Source: Mobula hypostoma
Lineage: Eukaryota
Reading direction: 5' to 3'
DNA: 64,000 nucleotides
Assembly: GCF_963921235.1 (NCBI RefSeq)
Contig: NC_086100.1
Coordinates: 203,548,001-203,612,000 of the forward strand
Shown: positions 49,613-61,579 of the stretch, piece by piece
Layout of the letters: each line of letters begins with the position of its first letter
How positions within the stretch are numbered: position 1 is the first letter of the stretch
Program-made: the position numbers and the translations under genes
The notes under the pieces: model-generated
What the model saw: only the letters and a program-made list of their open reading frames with translations
Told to the model about the DNA's origin: nothing
The model's database searches: none

Positions 49613-52600
49613 ATAGAAACATAGAAACATAGAAAATAGGTGCAGGAGTAGGCCATTCGGTCCTTCGAGCCTGCACCGCCATTTATTATGATCATGGCTG
49701 ATCATCCAACTCAGAACCCCGCCCCAGCCTTCCCTCCATACCCACTGACCCCCGTAGCCACAAGGGCCATATCTAACTCCCTCTTAAATATAGCCAATGA
49801 ACTGGCCTCAACTGTTTCCTGTGGCAGAGAATTCCACAGATTCACCACTCTCTGTGTGAAGAAGTTTTTCCTAATCTCGGTCCTAAAAGGCTTCCCCTCT
49901 ATCCTCAAACTGTGACCCCTCGTTCTGGACTTCCCCAACATCGGGAACAATCTTCCTGCATCTAGCCTGTCCAATCCCTTTAGGATCTTATACGTTTCAA
50001 TCAGATTCCCCCCTCAATCTTCCAAATTCCAATGAGTACAAGCCCAGTTCATCCAGTCTTTCTTCATATGAAAGTCCTGCCATCCCAGGAATCAATCTGG
50101 TGAACCTTCTTTGTACTCCCTCTATGGCAATGATGTCTTTCCTCAGATTAGGGGACCAAAACTGCACACAATACTCCAGGTGTGGTCTCACCAAGGCCTT
50201 GTACAACTGCAGTAGTACCTCCCTGCTCCTGTACTCGAATCCTCTCGCTATAAATGCCAGCATACAATTCGCCTTCAGCATACCTGCTGCACCTGCATGC
50301 CCACTTTCAATGACTGGTGTATAATGACACCCAGGTCTCGTTGCACCTCCCCTTTTCCTAATCGGCCACCATTCAGATAATAATTTGTTTTCCTATTTTT
50401 GCCACCAAAGTGGATAACTTCACATTTATCCACATTAAATTGCATCTGCCATGAATTTGCCCACTCACCCAACCTATCCAAGTCACCCTGCATCCTCCTA
50501 GCATCCTCCTCACTGCTAACACTGCCACCCAGCTTCGTGTCATCCGCAAACTTGGAGATGCTGCATTTAATTCCCTCATCCAAGTCATTAATATATATTG
50601 TAAACAACTGGGGTCCCAGCACTGAGCCTTGCGGTACCCCACTAGTCACCGCCTGCCATTCTGAAAAGGTCCCGTTTATTCCCACTCTTTGCTTCCTGTC
50701 TGCTAACCAATTCTCCACCCACACCAATACCTTACCCCCAATACCGTGTGCTTTAAGTTTGCACACTAATCTCCTGTGTGGGACCTTGTCAAAAGCCTTT
50801 TGAAAATCCAAATATACCACATCCACTGGTTTTCCCCTATCCACTCTACCAGTTACATCCTCAAAAAATTCTATAAGATTCGTCAGACATGATTTACCTT
50901 TCACAAATCCATGCTGACTTTGTCCGATCATTTCACCGCTTTCCAAATGTGCTGTTATCACATCCTTGATAACTGACTCCAGCAGTTTCCCCACCACCGA
51001 CGTTAGGCTAACCGGTCTATAATTCCCCGGTTTCTCTCTCCCTCCTTTTTTAAAAAGTGGGGTTACATTAGCCACCCTCCAATCCTCAGGAACTAGTCCA
51101 GAATCTAACGAGTTTTGAAAAATTATCACTAATGCATCCATTATTTCTTGGGCTACTTCCTTAAGCACTCTGGGATGCAGACCATCTGGCCCTGGGGATT
51201 TATCTGCCTTCAATCCCTTCAATTTACCTAACACCACTTCCCTACTAACTTGTATTTCGCTCAGTTCTTCCATCTCACTGGACCCTCTGTCCCTTACTAT
51301 TTCTGGAAGATTATTTATGTCTTCCTTAGTGAAGACAGAACCAAAGTAATTATTCAATTGGTCTGCCATGTCCTTGCTCCCCATAATCAATTCACCTGTT
51401 TCTGTCTGCAGGGGACCTACATTTGTCTTTACCAGTCTTTTCCTTTTTACATATCTATAAAAGCTTTTACAGTCAGTTTTTATGTTCCCTGCCAGTTTTC
51501 TCTCATAATCTTTTTTCCCCTTCCTAATTAAGCCCTTTGTCCTCCTCTGCTGAACTCTGAATTTCTCCCAGTCCTCAGGTGAGCCACTTTCTCTGGCTAA
51601 TTTGTATGCTTCTTCTTTGGAATTGATACTATCCCTAATTTCTCTTGTCAGCCACGGGTGCACTACCTTCCTTGATTTATTCTTTTCCCAAACTGGGATG
51701 AACAATTGTTGTAGTTCATCCATGCAACCTTTAAATGCTTGCCATTGCATATCCACCGTCAATCCTTTAAGTGTTATTTGCCAGTCTATCTTAGCTAATT
51801 CACGTCTCATACCTTCAAAGTTACCCCTCTTTAAGTTCAGAACCTTTGTTTCTGAATTAACTATGTCACTCTCCATCTTAATGAAGAATTCCACCATATT
51901 ATGGTCACTCTTACCCAAGGGGCCTCTCACGACAAGATTGCTAATTAACCCTTCCTCATTGCTCAATACCCAGTCCAGAATAGCCTGCTCTCTAGTTGGT
52001 TCCTCGACATGTTGGTTCAAAAAACCATCCCGCATACATTCCAAGAAATCCTCTTCCTCAGCACCTTTACCAATTTGGTTCACCCAGTCTACATGTAGAT
52101 TGAAGTCACCCATTATAACTGCTGTTCCTTTATTGCACACATTTCTAATTTCCTGTTTAATACCATCTCCGACCTCACTACTACTGTTAGGTGGCCTGTA
52201 CACAACTCCCACCAGCGACTTCTGCCCCTTAGTGTTATGCAGCTCTACCCATATCGATTCCACATCTTCCCGGCTTATGTCCTTCCTTTCTATTGCGTTA
52301 ATCTCTTCTTTAACCAGCAACGCCACCCCACCTCCCCTTCCTTCACGTCTATCCCTCCTGAATATTGAATATCCCTGAACGTTGAGCTCCCATCCCTGGT
52401 CACCCTGGAGCCATGTCTCTGTGATCCCAACTATATCATAATCATTAATAACAATCTGCACTTTCAATTCATCCACCTTATTACGAATGCTCCTTGCATT
52501 GACACATAAAGCCTTCAGGCGCTCTTTTACAACTCTCTTAGCCCTTATACAATTATGTTGAAAAGTGGCCCTTTTTAATGCTTGCCCTGGATTTGTCGGC

Positions 52601-53980
52601 CTGCCACTTTTACTTTTCTCCTTAGTACTTTTTGCTTCTACCCTCACTTTACACCCCTCTGTCTCCCTGCACTGGTTCCCATCCCTCTGTCGTGAACTAT
52701 CCTCCTCACGCCTAGCCTCTTTAATTTGATTCCCACCCCCCAACCATTCTAGTTTAAAGTCACCTCAGTAGCCCCCGCTAATCTCCCTGCCAGGATATTG
52801 GTCCCCCTAGGATTCAAGTGTAACCCGTCCTTTTTGTACAGGTCACACTTGCGCCAAAAGAGGTCCCAATGATCCAAAAACTTGAATCCCTGCCCCCTGC
52901 TCCAATCCCTCAGCCACGCATTTATCCTCCACCTCATTGCATTCCTACTCTCACTGTCGCGTGGCACAGGCAGTAATCCCGAGATTACTACCTTTGCGGT
53001 CCTTTTTCTCAACTCCCTTCCTAGCTCCTTATATTCTCCTTTCAGGACCTCATCCCTTTTCCTCCCTATGTCATTGGTACCTATATGTACCACGACCTCT
53101 GGCTCCTCACCCTCCCACTTCAGGATATCTTGGACACGATCAGAAATATCCCGGACCTTGGCACCAGGGAGGCAAACTACCATCCGGGACTCTGTACTGC
53201 GTCCACAGAATCGCCTATCTGACCCCCTTACTATCGAGTCCCCTATCACAACTGCCCTCCTCTTCCTTGCCCTACCCTTCTGAGCTACAGGGCCAGGCAC
53301 GGCCACTGTCGCTTCCCCTGGGTAAGCTGTCCCCCCCAACAGTACTCAAACAGCAGTACCTGTTGTTAAGGGGCACAGCCACCGGGGTACTCCCCATCAC
53401 CTGACTTTTCCCCTTCCCCCTCCTAACCGTGACCCACTTGTCTGCCTCCCGTGGCCCCGGCGTGACCACCTGCTTTCCACTCCTCTCTATCACCTCCTCA
53501 CTCTCCCTGACCAGACGAAGGTCATCGAACTGCAGCTCCAGTTCTTTAACGCGGTCCCTTAGGAGCTGCATCTCGATGCACTTGGCGCAGATGTAGACGT
53601 CCGGGAGGCTTGGAGACTCCAGGGCCTCCCACATCCGACACCGAGAGCAGCAAACTGCCCTCACAGTCATAATGCCCCTCTCCTCAAATAACAACAGAAA
53701 ATGAATGTCAAACCTTCCTCGCCTCGCCCGCTTCCGCCTAAGCCCGTTGAGCCGAAGCCCTTAAGCCTTCACTCTGCTCCCGGCTCACTCCGCAGCCCGC
53801 AAACTACGCTGCCCGCTCTATGAGGCTTTGTTCCTTTTAAATCTGCCGCGCTGCACTGCCCGACGTCACACGCCTGCGCAGTCCCGCCTCTCAGAACGCC
53901 GTTGGAGAAAAAAAAATAACGAAAATTTCAAAAATGTCTTTCTCGGCACTCCCACTCAGACTCTCAGACTCCTTCTTCGA
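49613..53980 (-). mobile_element. Near full-length CR1-like LINE: 5' UTR, ORF1 (Cys-rich N-terminus, coiled coil, SGNH esterase; 52749-53694) and ORF2 endonuclease-RT (about 49711-52743)
   Basis: 822-aa uninterrupted ORF2 segment; three visible frameshifts (about 53290, 50278, 50000); (catagaaa)n tail; 5' boundary approximate. Confidence 0.95.
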
Positions 53981-54300
53981 ATTATGTCCTATCTTCTGTG
54001 ACCGTGGTATGATTGTTGGTGCCAGATGTGTGGTTTGAGTATTTCAGAAACTGTTGATCTCCTGGAATATTCTGCAGCGTTTACAGAGAATGGTGTGAGA
54101 AAAAAAAAGCCAGTGAGCGGCAGTTTTGTTGGTGAAAGCTCCTTGTTACTGAGCGAGAACATTAAATGGTCAGACTGCTTCAAGCTGACAGAGAGTCGAC
54201 AGTAACTCAGTCCGGCTCTGATATTTCACCAAGACACGGATAGGGTCTCGGAATCGATATATTTTTTTCAAAATCCCTCAGCCTGCGGAGATTTACCTAC

Positions 54301-54352
54301 CATCAGGACAAAGCAAGGAGCTGTGTGACAACTCGGTCTCTGAACCTTCGGG
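54301..54352 (-). CDS. A2M: A2M-like exon (exon 22 equivalent): PEGSETELSHSSLLCPD
   Basis: ccgcag acceptor, G|gtagg donor, 52 bp, phase 0 to 1. Confidence 0.9.
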
Positions 54353-54840
54353 CTGCGGAGAGACAGAGACATGGGGTGAGACACTGCGAAGGGCAAAGAA
54401 GGATGTGGGTGAGGACAGTAGACGAGGGATTCAGGAGATAAGGGAAGGAGTGAGAGGGAAGGAGGGGAGGGAGGGGATTGAGGACTGTTAATCAGAGAAG
54501 AGTGAGGATGGGGAGGGAGAATTGTGGGCAGTGAGTGAGGGACAGCAAGGAACAGGTGAGTGAAGGAAGGTTTTGACAGTGAATGAGGGAGGAGTGAGTG
54601 GGATACAAGTCTGTGAATGAAGGAGCAGTGGGCAAAAGAAACTGATCTGAGGGCTGTGAGTGAGGAGGAGTGAGGAATAGGAGTGAGGTGAGTGGAGGAG
54701 GGTTTGACAGGGAATGAGTGTGAGTGAGGGGCAATGAAGGTCAGGAGCACAGGAGTGTGGGACGCAAGAGAAAGCGAGCCAAGGACATGGTGTTTCGGGA
54801 TGGCGTCTCCAGGAGGGTAGCCGTGGAGACCCTGGCTGAC

Positions 54841-54962
54841 CTCAATAATCAGCGGTTTGCGAATGATGTCGACGGCTCCCCTCGTCGGGACGACGACAAC
54901 TTCGTTCCCACAAAGGGTGGTCGATTTTACAGACTCAGCCCGCACTGTGGTGTTCACCTCGC
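54841..54962 (-). CDS. A2M: A2M-like exon (exon 21 equivalent): GEVNTTVRAES...LCGNE...KPLIIE
   Basis: ttttccag acceptor, GAG|gtcag donor, 122 bp, phase 1 to 0. Confidence 0.92.
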
Positions 54963-55129
54963 CTGGAAAACAGAGAGGGTGAGTGCAGTTAGAGTGAGGA
55001 GGGGGAAGGTAGGGAGGCGAGAAAGGTAGGGGGAGAAGAGTAATGAAGGGGATAGGAGGGAAATAGGTAGAAAGGAAGACGGAAAGACGGGCAAGGGAGA
55101 CAGAGAACGACAGTCCTTTCTGCTTAACC

Positions 55130-58100
55130 TAGGGGTCAGTGGGACTGTGATGGCGAACAGGGACAAGGATCTGATTCACCCCGACTCTCCCTGCCTAACC
55201 CAGAGGATGTTGGGGCAGGCATAGGGAACGGACATCCGGGGATAATTCACCCCCACCCTCCCTTCCTGCCTAACCCAGAGGACGTTGGGGCAGGGATAGG
55301 GAACGGACATCCGGGGATAGTTCACCCCCACCCTCCGTCCCTATCACAAGGGTCGGTGGGACAGTGATGGGGCGTGGGAAACCGGGGCGAATTCCACCCT
55401 CCCTTCCTGACCCAGTGATCAGTGGGACAGAATAGGGAGAGGGAACCCGGGGCTGATTCACACACTGTCCTCCCTCCCGAACTCAGGTGTCAGTGGGACT
55501 GGGATGGGGAGATGGATCACGGGGCTGATTCACCCTGCTATCCCTAACATAGGTTTCGGCGAGACAGCGATGGGGAGAAGGAACCTGCGGCTGATTCATA
55601 GAACATGGAACACAGCAAATAGAAATTTACAGCACATCACAGGCCCTACGGCCCACAATATTGTGCCGACGATGCAGAAAACTCTATAAACTACCTAGAA
55701 TTTCCTTAGCGCATAGCTCCCTATTATTCTAAGCTCCTTGTACCTATCTCAGAGGTTCTTAAAAGACTCCACTCCCTCCCTCCCTGACCCAGGGGTCAGT
55801 GGAACATGGATGGGGAAAGGGAAACCGGGTCTGAATCACAACCCACCTCCCTCTCTATCCTAGTGGTCAGTGGGACAGGACTGGGGAACGGGAAACCGGG
55901 TCTGAGTCACAACCCACTTCCTTCCCTGACCTAGTGGTCAGTGGGAGAGGGATGGGGAACGGGAAACCGGGTCTGAGTCAGCCATTCACTCCCTCACTAA
56001 CCCAAGGGGTCGTTGTAGCAGGGATGGGCAGAGGGAACCCGGGGCTGATTCACCGCACTCCCTCCCCCTGGAATGACGGTGTCGGTCGTGAATCAGCCCC
56101 GGGTTCCCGTACCCCATCTGAGTCCCACAAACCTCTGGGTTAGGGAGAGAGGGAGAGCTGAATGACTGTCGAGTTTCCGTTCCCCATTACTGTCCCTCTG
56201 ACTACTGACTTTGAGAAGGAGGTCGGGGGTGTGGTGTTGGTGAATCAGACACAGGTCACCCCCCTCGCCAATTCCTTGTCCCACTGAGCCCTGGATTAGG
56301 CGAGAGGGTGGGAGGGGCTGATTCAGCCCTGGGTTCCTGTTCCATTACCTTGGACAATAATGGGCAACGGGAATTCGGGTCTGATTCACGCCCTCCATCC
56401 CTCCCGAACCCAGGGGTCGGTGGTGCATGCGTGGACAACTGGAAATGGGGCTGATTCAGATCCCCTTCTTCCCTCACTAGCCCACTGTTCAGTGAGATAG
56501 GGATGTGGAGGGGGGCTGTGGGGCTGATTAACCCCCTCCTTGCCTCCCTAACCCAGTGGTTGGTGCGGCAGGATGAGGAGGGGTACCCAGCGCAGAATTA
56601 ATCCCTTCCTCCCTAATCCATGGATAGGGAGAAGGAACGGAAACCCCGGGGCTTATTCACCCACTCCCTACCTGGCCCGGGGTCTGTGGTGGCCGGTGCT
56701 ATCATGTTTGCTGTTGTGTGCTGGGGCAGCAGGCTGAGGGTAGCAGACACCAATAGAATCAACAGACTCATTCTTATGGCCAGTGATGTTGTGGGGATGG
56801 AACTGGACTCTCTCACGGTGGTGTCTGAAAAGAGGATGCTGTCCAAGTTGCATGCCATCTTGGACAATGTCTCCCATCCACTACATAATGTACTGGGTGG
56901 GCACAGGAGTACATTCAGCCAGAGACTCATTCCACCGAGATGCAGCACAGAGCGTCATAGGAAGTCATTCCTGCCTGTGGCCATCAAACTTTACAACTCC
57001 TCCCTTGGAGGGTCAGACACCCTGAGCCAATAGGCTGGTCCTGGATTTATTTCCCGGCATAATGTACATATTACTATTTAACTATTTATGATTTTATTAC
57101 TATTTATTATTTGTGATGCAACTGTAACGAAAACCAATTTCCCCCGGGATCAATAAAGTACGACTATGACTATGACTATGACAAGGATGGGAAACGGAAA
57201 CCCAAGGCTGATTCACCCACTCCCTACCTGGCCCGGGCTCGGTTGGACAGGGACTGGGCACGGGAACCTGGGGATGCTTCATCTCCCCCACCCCACCCCC
57301 CGAACCCCCTCCGTAAACATGGTCTGTGTTACGGGGATGGGGAACGGAAACCCGAGGGTAATTCACACCATCCCTCTCCACATTAACTAGGGCTCGGTGG
57401 GACAGCGATGGGGAGAGGGAACATGGGGCTGATTCTCTACTCCCGTCCCGGAACACCCTCCCTAACCTAGGGGTTGGTGGAACAGAGCTGGGGAGAGGGA
57501 AGGCGAGGCTGAATAGCCCCCCCCCCCACCACATCTCTCTCTCTCCCTAGCCCTGTGGTCGGTGGGAATGGAATGAGGAACGGGAAATCGGTTCTGAGTC
57601 ACCCACTCCCTCCCTCATTAATCAAGGGGTCAAAGGGACATGGAAGGGGAAAGGAAAGCCGGGTCTGATTTACCCACTCCCTCCCTTCCTAACCCAGGGG
57701 TCGGTGGGAACACAGTGCCTAATTAACCCCTTCCTCCCTAATCCATCCTAATCCAGTGTTCGTTGGGAGAGGGATGTGAAACGGAAATTCGGGGCTGATT
57801 TACTCCCTTCATCCCTAACCGCGGTGTCGATGGGACAGGGATGGGGAACGGGAACCCGGACTGATTTACGCCTCCCTCCCTAACCACGTTGTCGATGGGA
57901 CATAATGGGGAACGGAAACCCGGGGCGGATTCACTTGCTCCCTCCCTATCGAACCCAGGAGTCAGTGGGACAAGGATAGGGAGAGTAAACCTGGGCCTCA
58001 TTCAACCCCTCCCTCCCTCACTAACCTAGGGGTTGGTGGGACAGGGATAGAGAGAGGTAAACAGGCGTCGAATCGCCCCTCCCTCCCAAACCCAGAGGCC

Positions 58101-58290
58101 TGTGGGACCGCGATGGGGAACCGAACCCGTCGTTGATTCACCTTTCTCCCTCCCTCCCTAACCCAGGGGTCAGTGGGAGAGGGATGGGGAGGGGAACCAG
58201 GGGCTGATTTACACTCTTACCTCCCTCCCTAACCCAGGTGTCGTTGGACAGAGAAGTTGCGAGGAAACCAGGGGCTGATTCCCCCTGATG
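55130..58290. repeat. About 60-65 bp tandem satellite (GGGACAGGGATGGGGAACGGGAACCCGGGGCTGATTCAC...CCTAACCCAGGGGTCGGT)
   Basis: Recurring GGGGCTGATTCAC core; interrupted by LINE fragments; local inversion at about 56088-56345. Confidence 0.88.
56685..57182 (+). mobile_element. Rex1/Babar-like LINE 3' fragment, nearly identical to 30163-30670
   Basis: Same C-terminal peptide ...KLYNSSLGGSDTLSQ and (GACTAT)n tail. Confidence 0.9.
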
Positions 58291-58315
58291 TTCAGAGACC
58301 GGACATTGAACTCAC

Positions 58316-58439
58316 CCAATCCCGAGGCGGTCAGATTCCAACTGAGGGTAACGCTGTCCTTGGACAGGACGCAAATTTCGTGCTCACGGTTAGAGAACGC
58401 CGAATCGAAGCCCTTAGCTTCAACCAGGGTGACCTTGAC
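58316..58439 (-). CDS. A2M: A2M-like exon (exon 20 equivalent): VKVTLVEAKGFD...WNLTASGL
   Basis: aag acceptor, G|gtgag donor, 124 bp, phase 0 to 1. Confidence 0.9.
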
Positions 58440-58589
58440 CTTGTGACGGTGGGAGAGAGAAGGGGAGATGGGCGTCATCTGGGAACTCGAGGTGAGGGCA
58501 AACCGGCCAAGACGGTGAGCAGAGCCAACAAGCAGTGCGGATGGGCAGAATGCGAGGTAAAAATGGCGAACACATGGGGAGAATAAGGA

Positions 58590-61100
58590 GCGTTCTGGCA
58601 GAGGGTGAGGAGGGATCGCTGTGGAAGGGGTCGAGGAGGGACCGTTGGGCGACGGGAAGAGGGGGGAACGCAGTTGGAGAGGATGAGTGGGGAACGTTGT
58701 GGGAGGAGTCGAGGAGGGCAGGCAGTAGGAAGGGTTGAGGAGGGAGTACAGTGGGAGGGTGTGAAGAGAGACTGCTGTGGGCGGGGTGAGGAGGGAACGG
58801 TGTAGGAGGAGTACTGGAGGGAATACTGTGGAGGAAACCGCTGGAAGGGGAAAGAGAGAATGCTGTGGGTGGGGCGAGGGGGAAGGTTGTGGGAGGGGTC
58901 GAGGAGGGAACGCTGTTGGAGGGTGTGTAGGGAACGTTGTTGGGGAGTCGAGGAGGGAACGCTGTTGGAAAGGGTGAGGAGGGGACGCCGTGGGGGCTGT
59001 CGAGAAGGGAAGGGGGTACGCTGCGATAAAAGGTGAGGAGGGAACGGTGTGGGATGGAAGTGAGGAGGGAGCCCTCTGGTAGGGGGTGTGAGGGAACGCA
59101 CTGGGAGGAGTGGGGAAGGAATATTGTGGGAGGATTGAAGAGGCAATGCTCTAGGAGGGTCAGGAGGGAACACCGAGGAAGTGAGTGAGGGAAGAACGTT
59201 GTGAAAGAGAGTTCAGGAGGAAATACTGTAGGAGGGGTGAGGGGGGAACATTAGGAGCAAGGCGAGGAGGGAATGCTGTGGGAATGGTCAAGAAATTAAT
59301 GTTATGGGAGGGGGAGTGGAGGAAGCTCGTTGGGTGGGGGTGAGTCGGGGAGGAGCAAACGCTGAGTGGGGTGAAGGGGACCGCTGTTGGATTGGGTGAG
59401 GAGGGAGCGCTGCGGGCGGGGGCAATGAGCGAACGCTGTGGGTGGGAGTTGAGGAGGGAATACTGTTGGGGTGAGGAAGGAGCACTGTGGGAAGGGGGTG
59501 AGGACGGAACATTGTGGGAGGGATTTGAGGAGGTAACGCTGTAGGAGAGGGTGAGAAGGGAACGCTGGGGGAGAGGGTGAGGAATTAACGCTGTGGGAGG
59601 CGGTGCGGAGGGAACACTGTGGAGTTCATTACGGAACACTGTGGGAATGGGGGTGAGGGCACTCTGTAGTGCAGGTGAGGAAGGAACGCTGTGGGAGGGT
59701 TGAGGATGGAGCTCTACGGGATCGGGCGAGAAGCGAAAGCTGTGGGAGAGGGTGAGAAGAGAACGGTACGGGAGTGGGGTGATGAGGGAACGTTGTGGGA
59801 GGGGGTGTGAGGGAACTCATGGGTTTAAGTGACGAAGGAAAGCTGTGGGAGAGGGTGACGAAGAATTGCTTTTGGAGCGAGTGTTAATGGAACTCTATGG
59901 GAGCGGACGAGAAGGGAACGCTGTGGGAGGGGGTGGGGAGTGAAATCTGTGGGAGTGGGTGAGGAAAGAACGCTGTGAGGGGGTTGAGGAGGGAATGCTG
60001 TGGAAGGTGCTGAGGAGGGAAACGCTGCAGAAGTGGGGCGATGAGGCAACGCTGTGGGAGGGAGTTGAGGAGGGAACGCGGCGGGAGGGAGTTGAGGAGG
60101 GAACGCGGTGGGAGGGAATGTGAGGGCATTCTGTGGGTTTACGTGGGGAAGGAAAGCAGTGGGAAAGGGTGAGGAGGGAACGCTGTGGAAGGGTAATGAG
60201 GGAACGCTGTGGGAGGGAGTTGAGGAGGTAACGCTGTGGGAGTGGGTGTGAGCGAACGTTGTGGGAGGGCTGAGGAATGAACGCTGTGGGAGGGAACGAG
60301 GATTAAAAGCTATGGGTGGGCTAGGAGGACACGCTGTCGGGGGTGATGCGGAACCCTGTTGAATAGGGTGAAGAAGGAACTGCAGGAGGGAGTTGATAAG
60401 CGAATACTGTAGGAAGGGGTGAGGAAGGAACGCCCTGGGAGGGAGGTGACGATGGAAAACTGTGGGAGGGGCTGAGGAGGCAGTGCTGTGGGTGGGAATG
60501 AGGACAGAACGGTGTGGGAGGGGTTGAGGAGTGAACGCTTTGGGACAGTCAAGAAAGGCAGGGGGAACGCTGTGAAAGAAGTTGAGGAGGGAACGCTTTG
60601 GGAGGGGGCCGAGGAGCGAACGCTATGGAAGAGGCTGAGGAAGGAACGCTGTGCCGGGAGGTGAGGAGGGAACTCTGTGCGAGGGGTTGTGTGCGAACCC
60701 TGAGGGGGGGGGGGTGACGAAGGAACGCTGGGACTGTGTGAAGAATTAACGCTGTTAGAGGGGGCGAGGAGGGAACGCTGTAGGAGGGGGTGAGGATTGA
60801 ATGCTATGTGAGGGGCTGAGGAAGGATCTCTGCATGTAGGGATGAGGGAGAATGTTGTGGGAGGGGCTGTGGGTTCGCGGGGAGGAGTGAGGAGGGATCT
60901 ATTCCGGGGGTGGGGGTGAGGGTGAATGTTGTGCGAGGGGGCGAGGAGCGAACGCTGGGAGAGTGTGAGGAGGGAACCCTGCCGGTAGGGTGAGGGTGGA
61001 ATGTTATGTGAGGGATTGAGGAGGGAACAATGGGAGGGAGTGAGGAGAGATCTCTGCCGGTGGCGGCAATGAGGAACGCTGTGGAAGAATTGCGGAAAAG
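58590..61100. repeat. G-rich minisatellite of about 25-27 bp (GAGGAGGGAACGCTGTGGGAGGGGGT)
   Basis: Recurring GGAACGCTGTGGGAG core; short inverted outlier at 29195-29280. Confidence 0.88.
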
Positions 61101-61202
61101 CGGCTGATGGAGCGTCCGGCACCCAGTCCGTTCAGGGACCAGTTGGGATTTGACTCTGTGAGGGTCCCGAGTTCGGCGGAACACCCAGCGCCTCCCCCTT
61201 AC

Positions 61203-61428
61203 CATGAGGCTCTCCGCCATGTAGTTGAAGATCCTCGCTTTGAGGGAGAAGCCCTCGGTCCTTACGACGGAGTAGGGCAGCAGCAGGTCCACGAAGAAGG
61301 GCTTAAAGGCGACAAGAGACACCATCTCCGAGAGCCCAAAGCCTGCGTCCCCGCTGCAGAACGCACTCCCCTTCCACTCGGTGATGGCGTCCGGGACCGT
61401 GACTGCAAGTTTGGCGTGTCCAGTGGAA
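61203..61428 (-). CDS. A2M: A2M-like exon (human exon 19 equivalent): STGHAKLAVTVPDAITEWKGSAFC...NYMAESLM
   Basis: cag acceptor, ATG|gtaag donor, 226 bp, phase 2 to 0. Confidence 0.93.
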
Positions 61429-61579
61429 CTGTGCGCAGCGAGGATGGATGTGCAGTTGAGAGAGAGGCCGCTCGATCCATCCACTCTCTGCCCTCCCACT
61501 CAAGACAGAATAGACGTGAGGTGTGGCCCCGTCACCCATGTCGACGGGAGCCCTCCCTCCACCCGAAGCGCGCTTCACT

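Larger units (their letters stand above)
7918..61428 (-). other. A2M: Alpha-2-macroglobulin-family gene (A2M/PZP/ovostatin-like), 3' half; 17 canonical plus 2 extra exons; 5' part outside the window
   Basis: Manually spliced exons with AG/GT (one GC) boundaries give a continuous frame with A2M motifs [66 protein letters not shown] and VYDYYE. The symbol is family-level only; orthology is not established. Confidence 0.95.
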
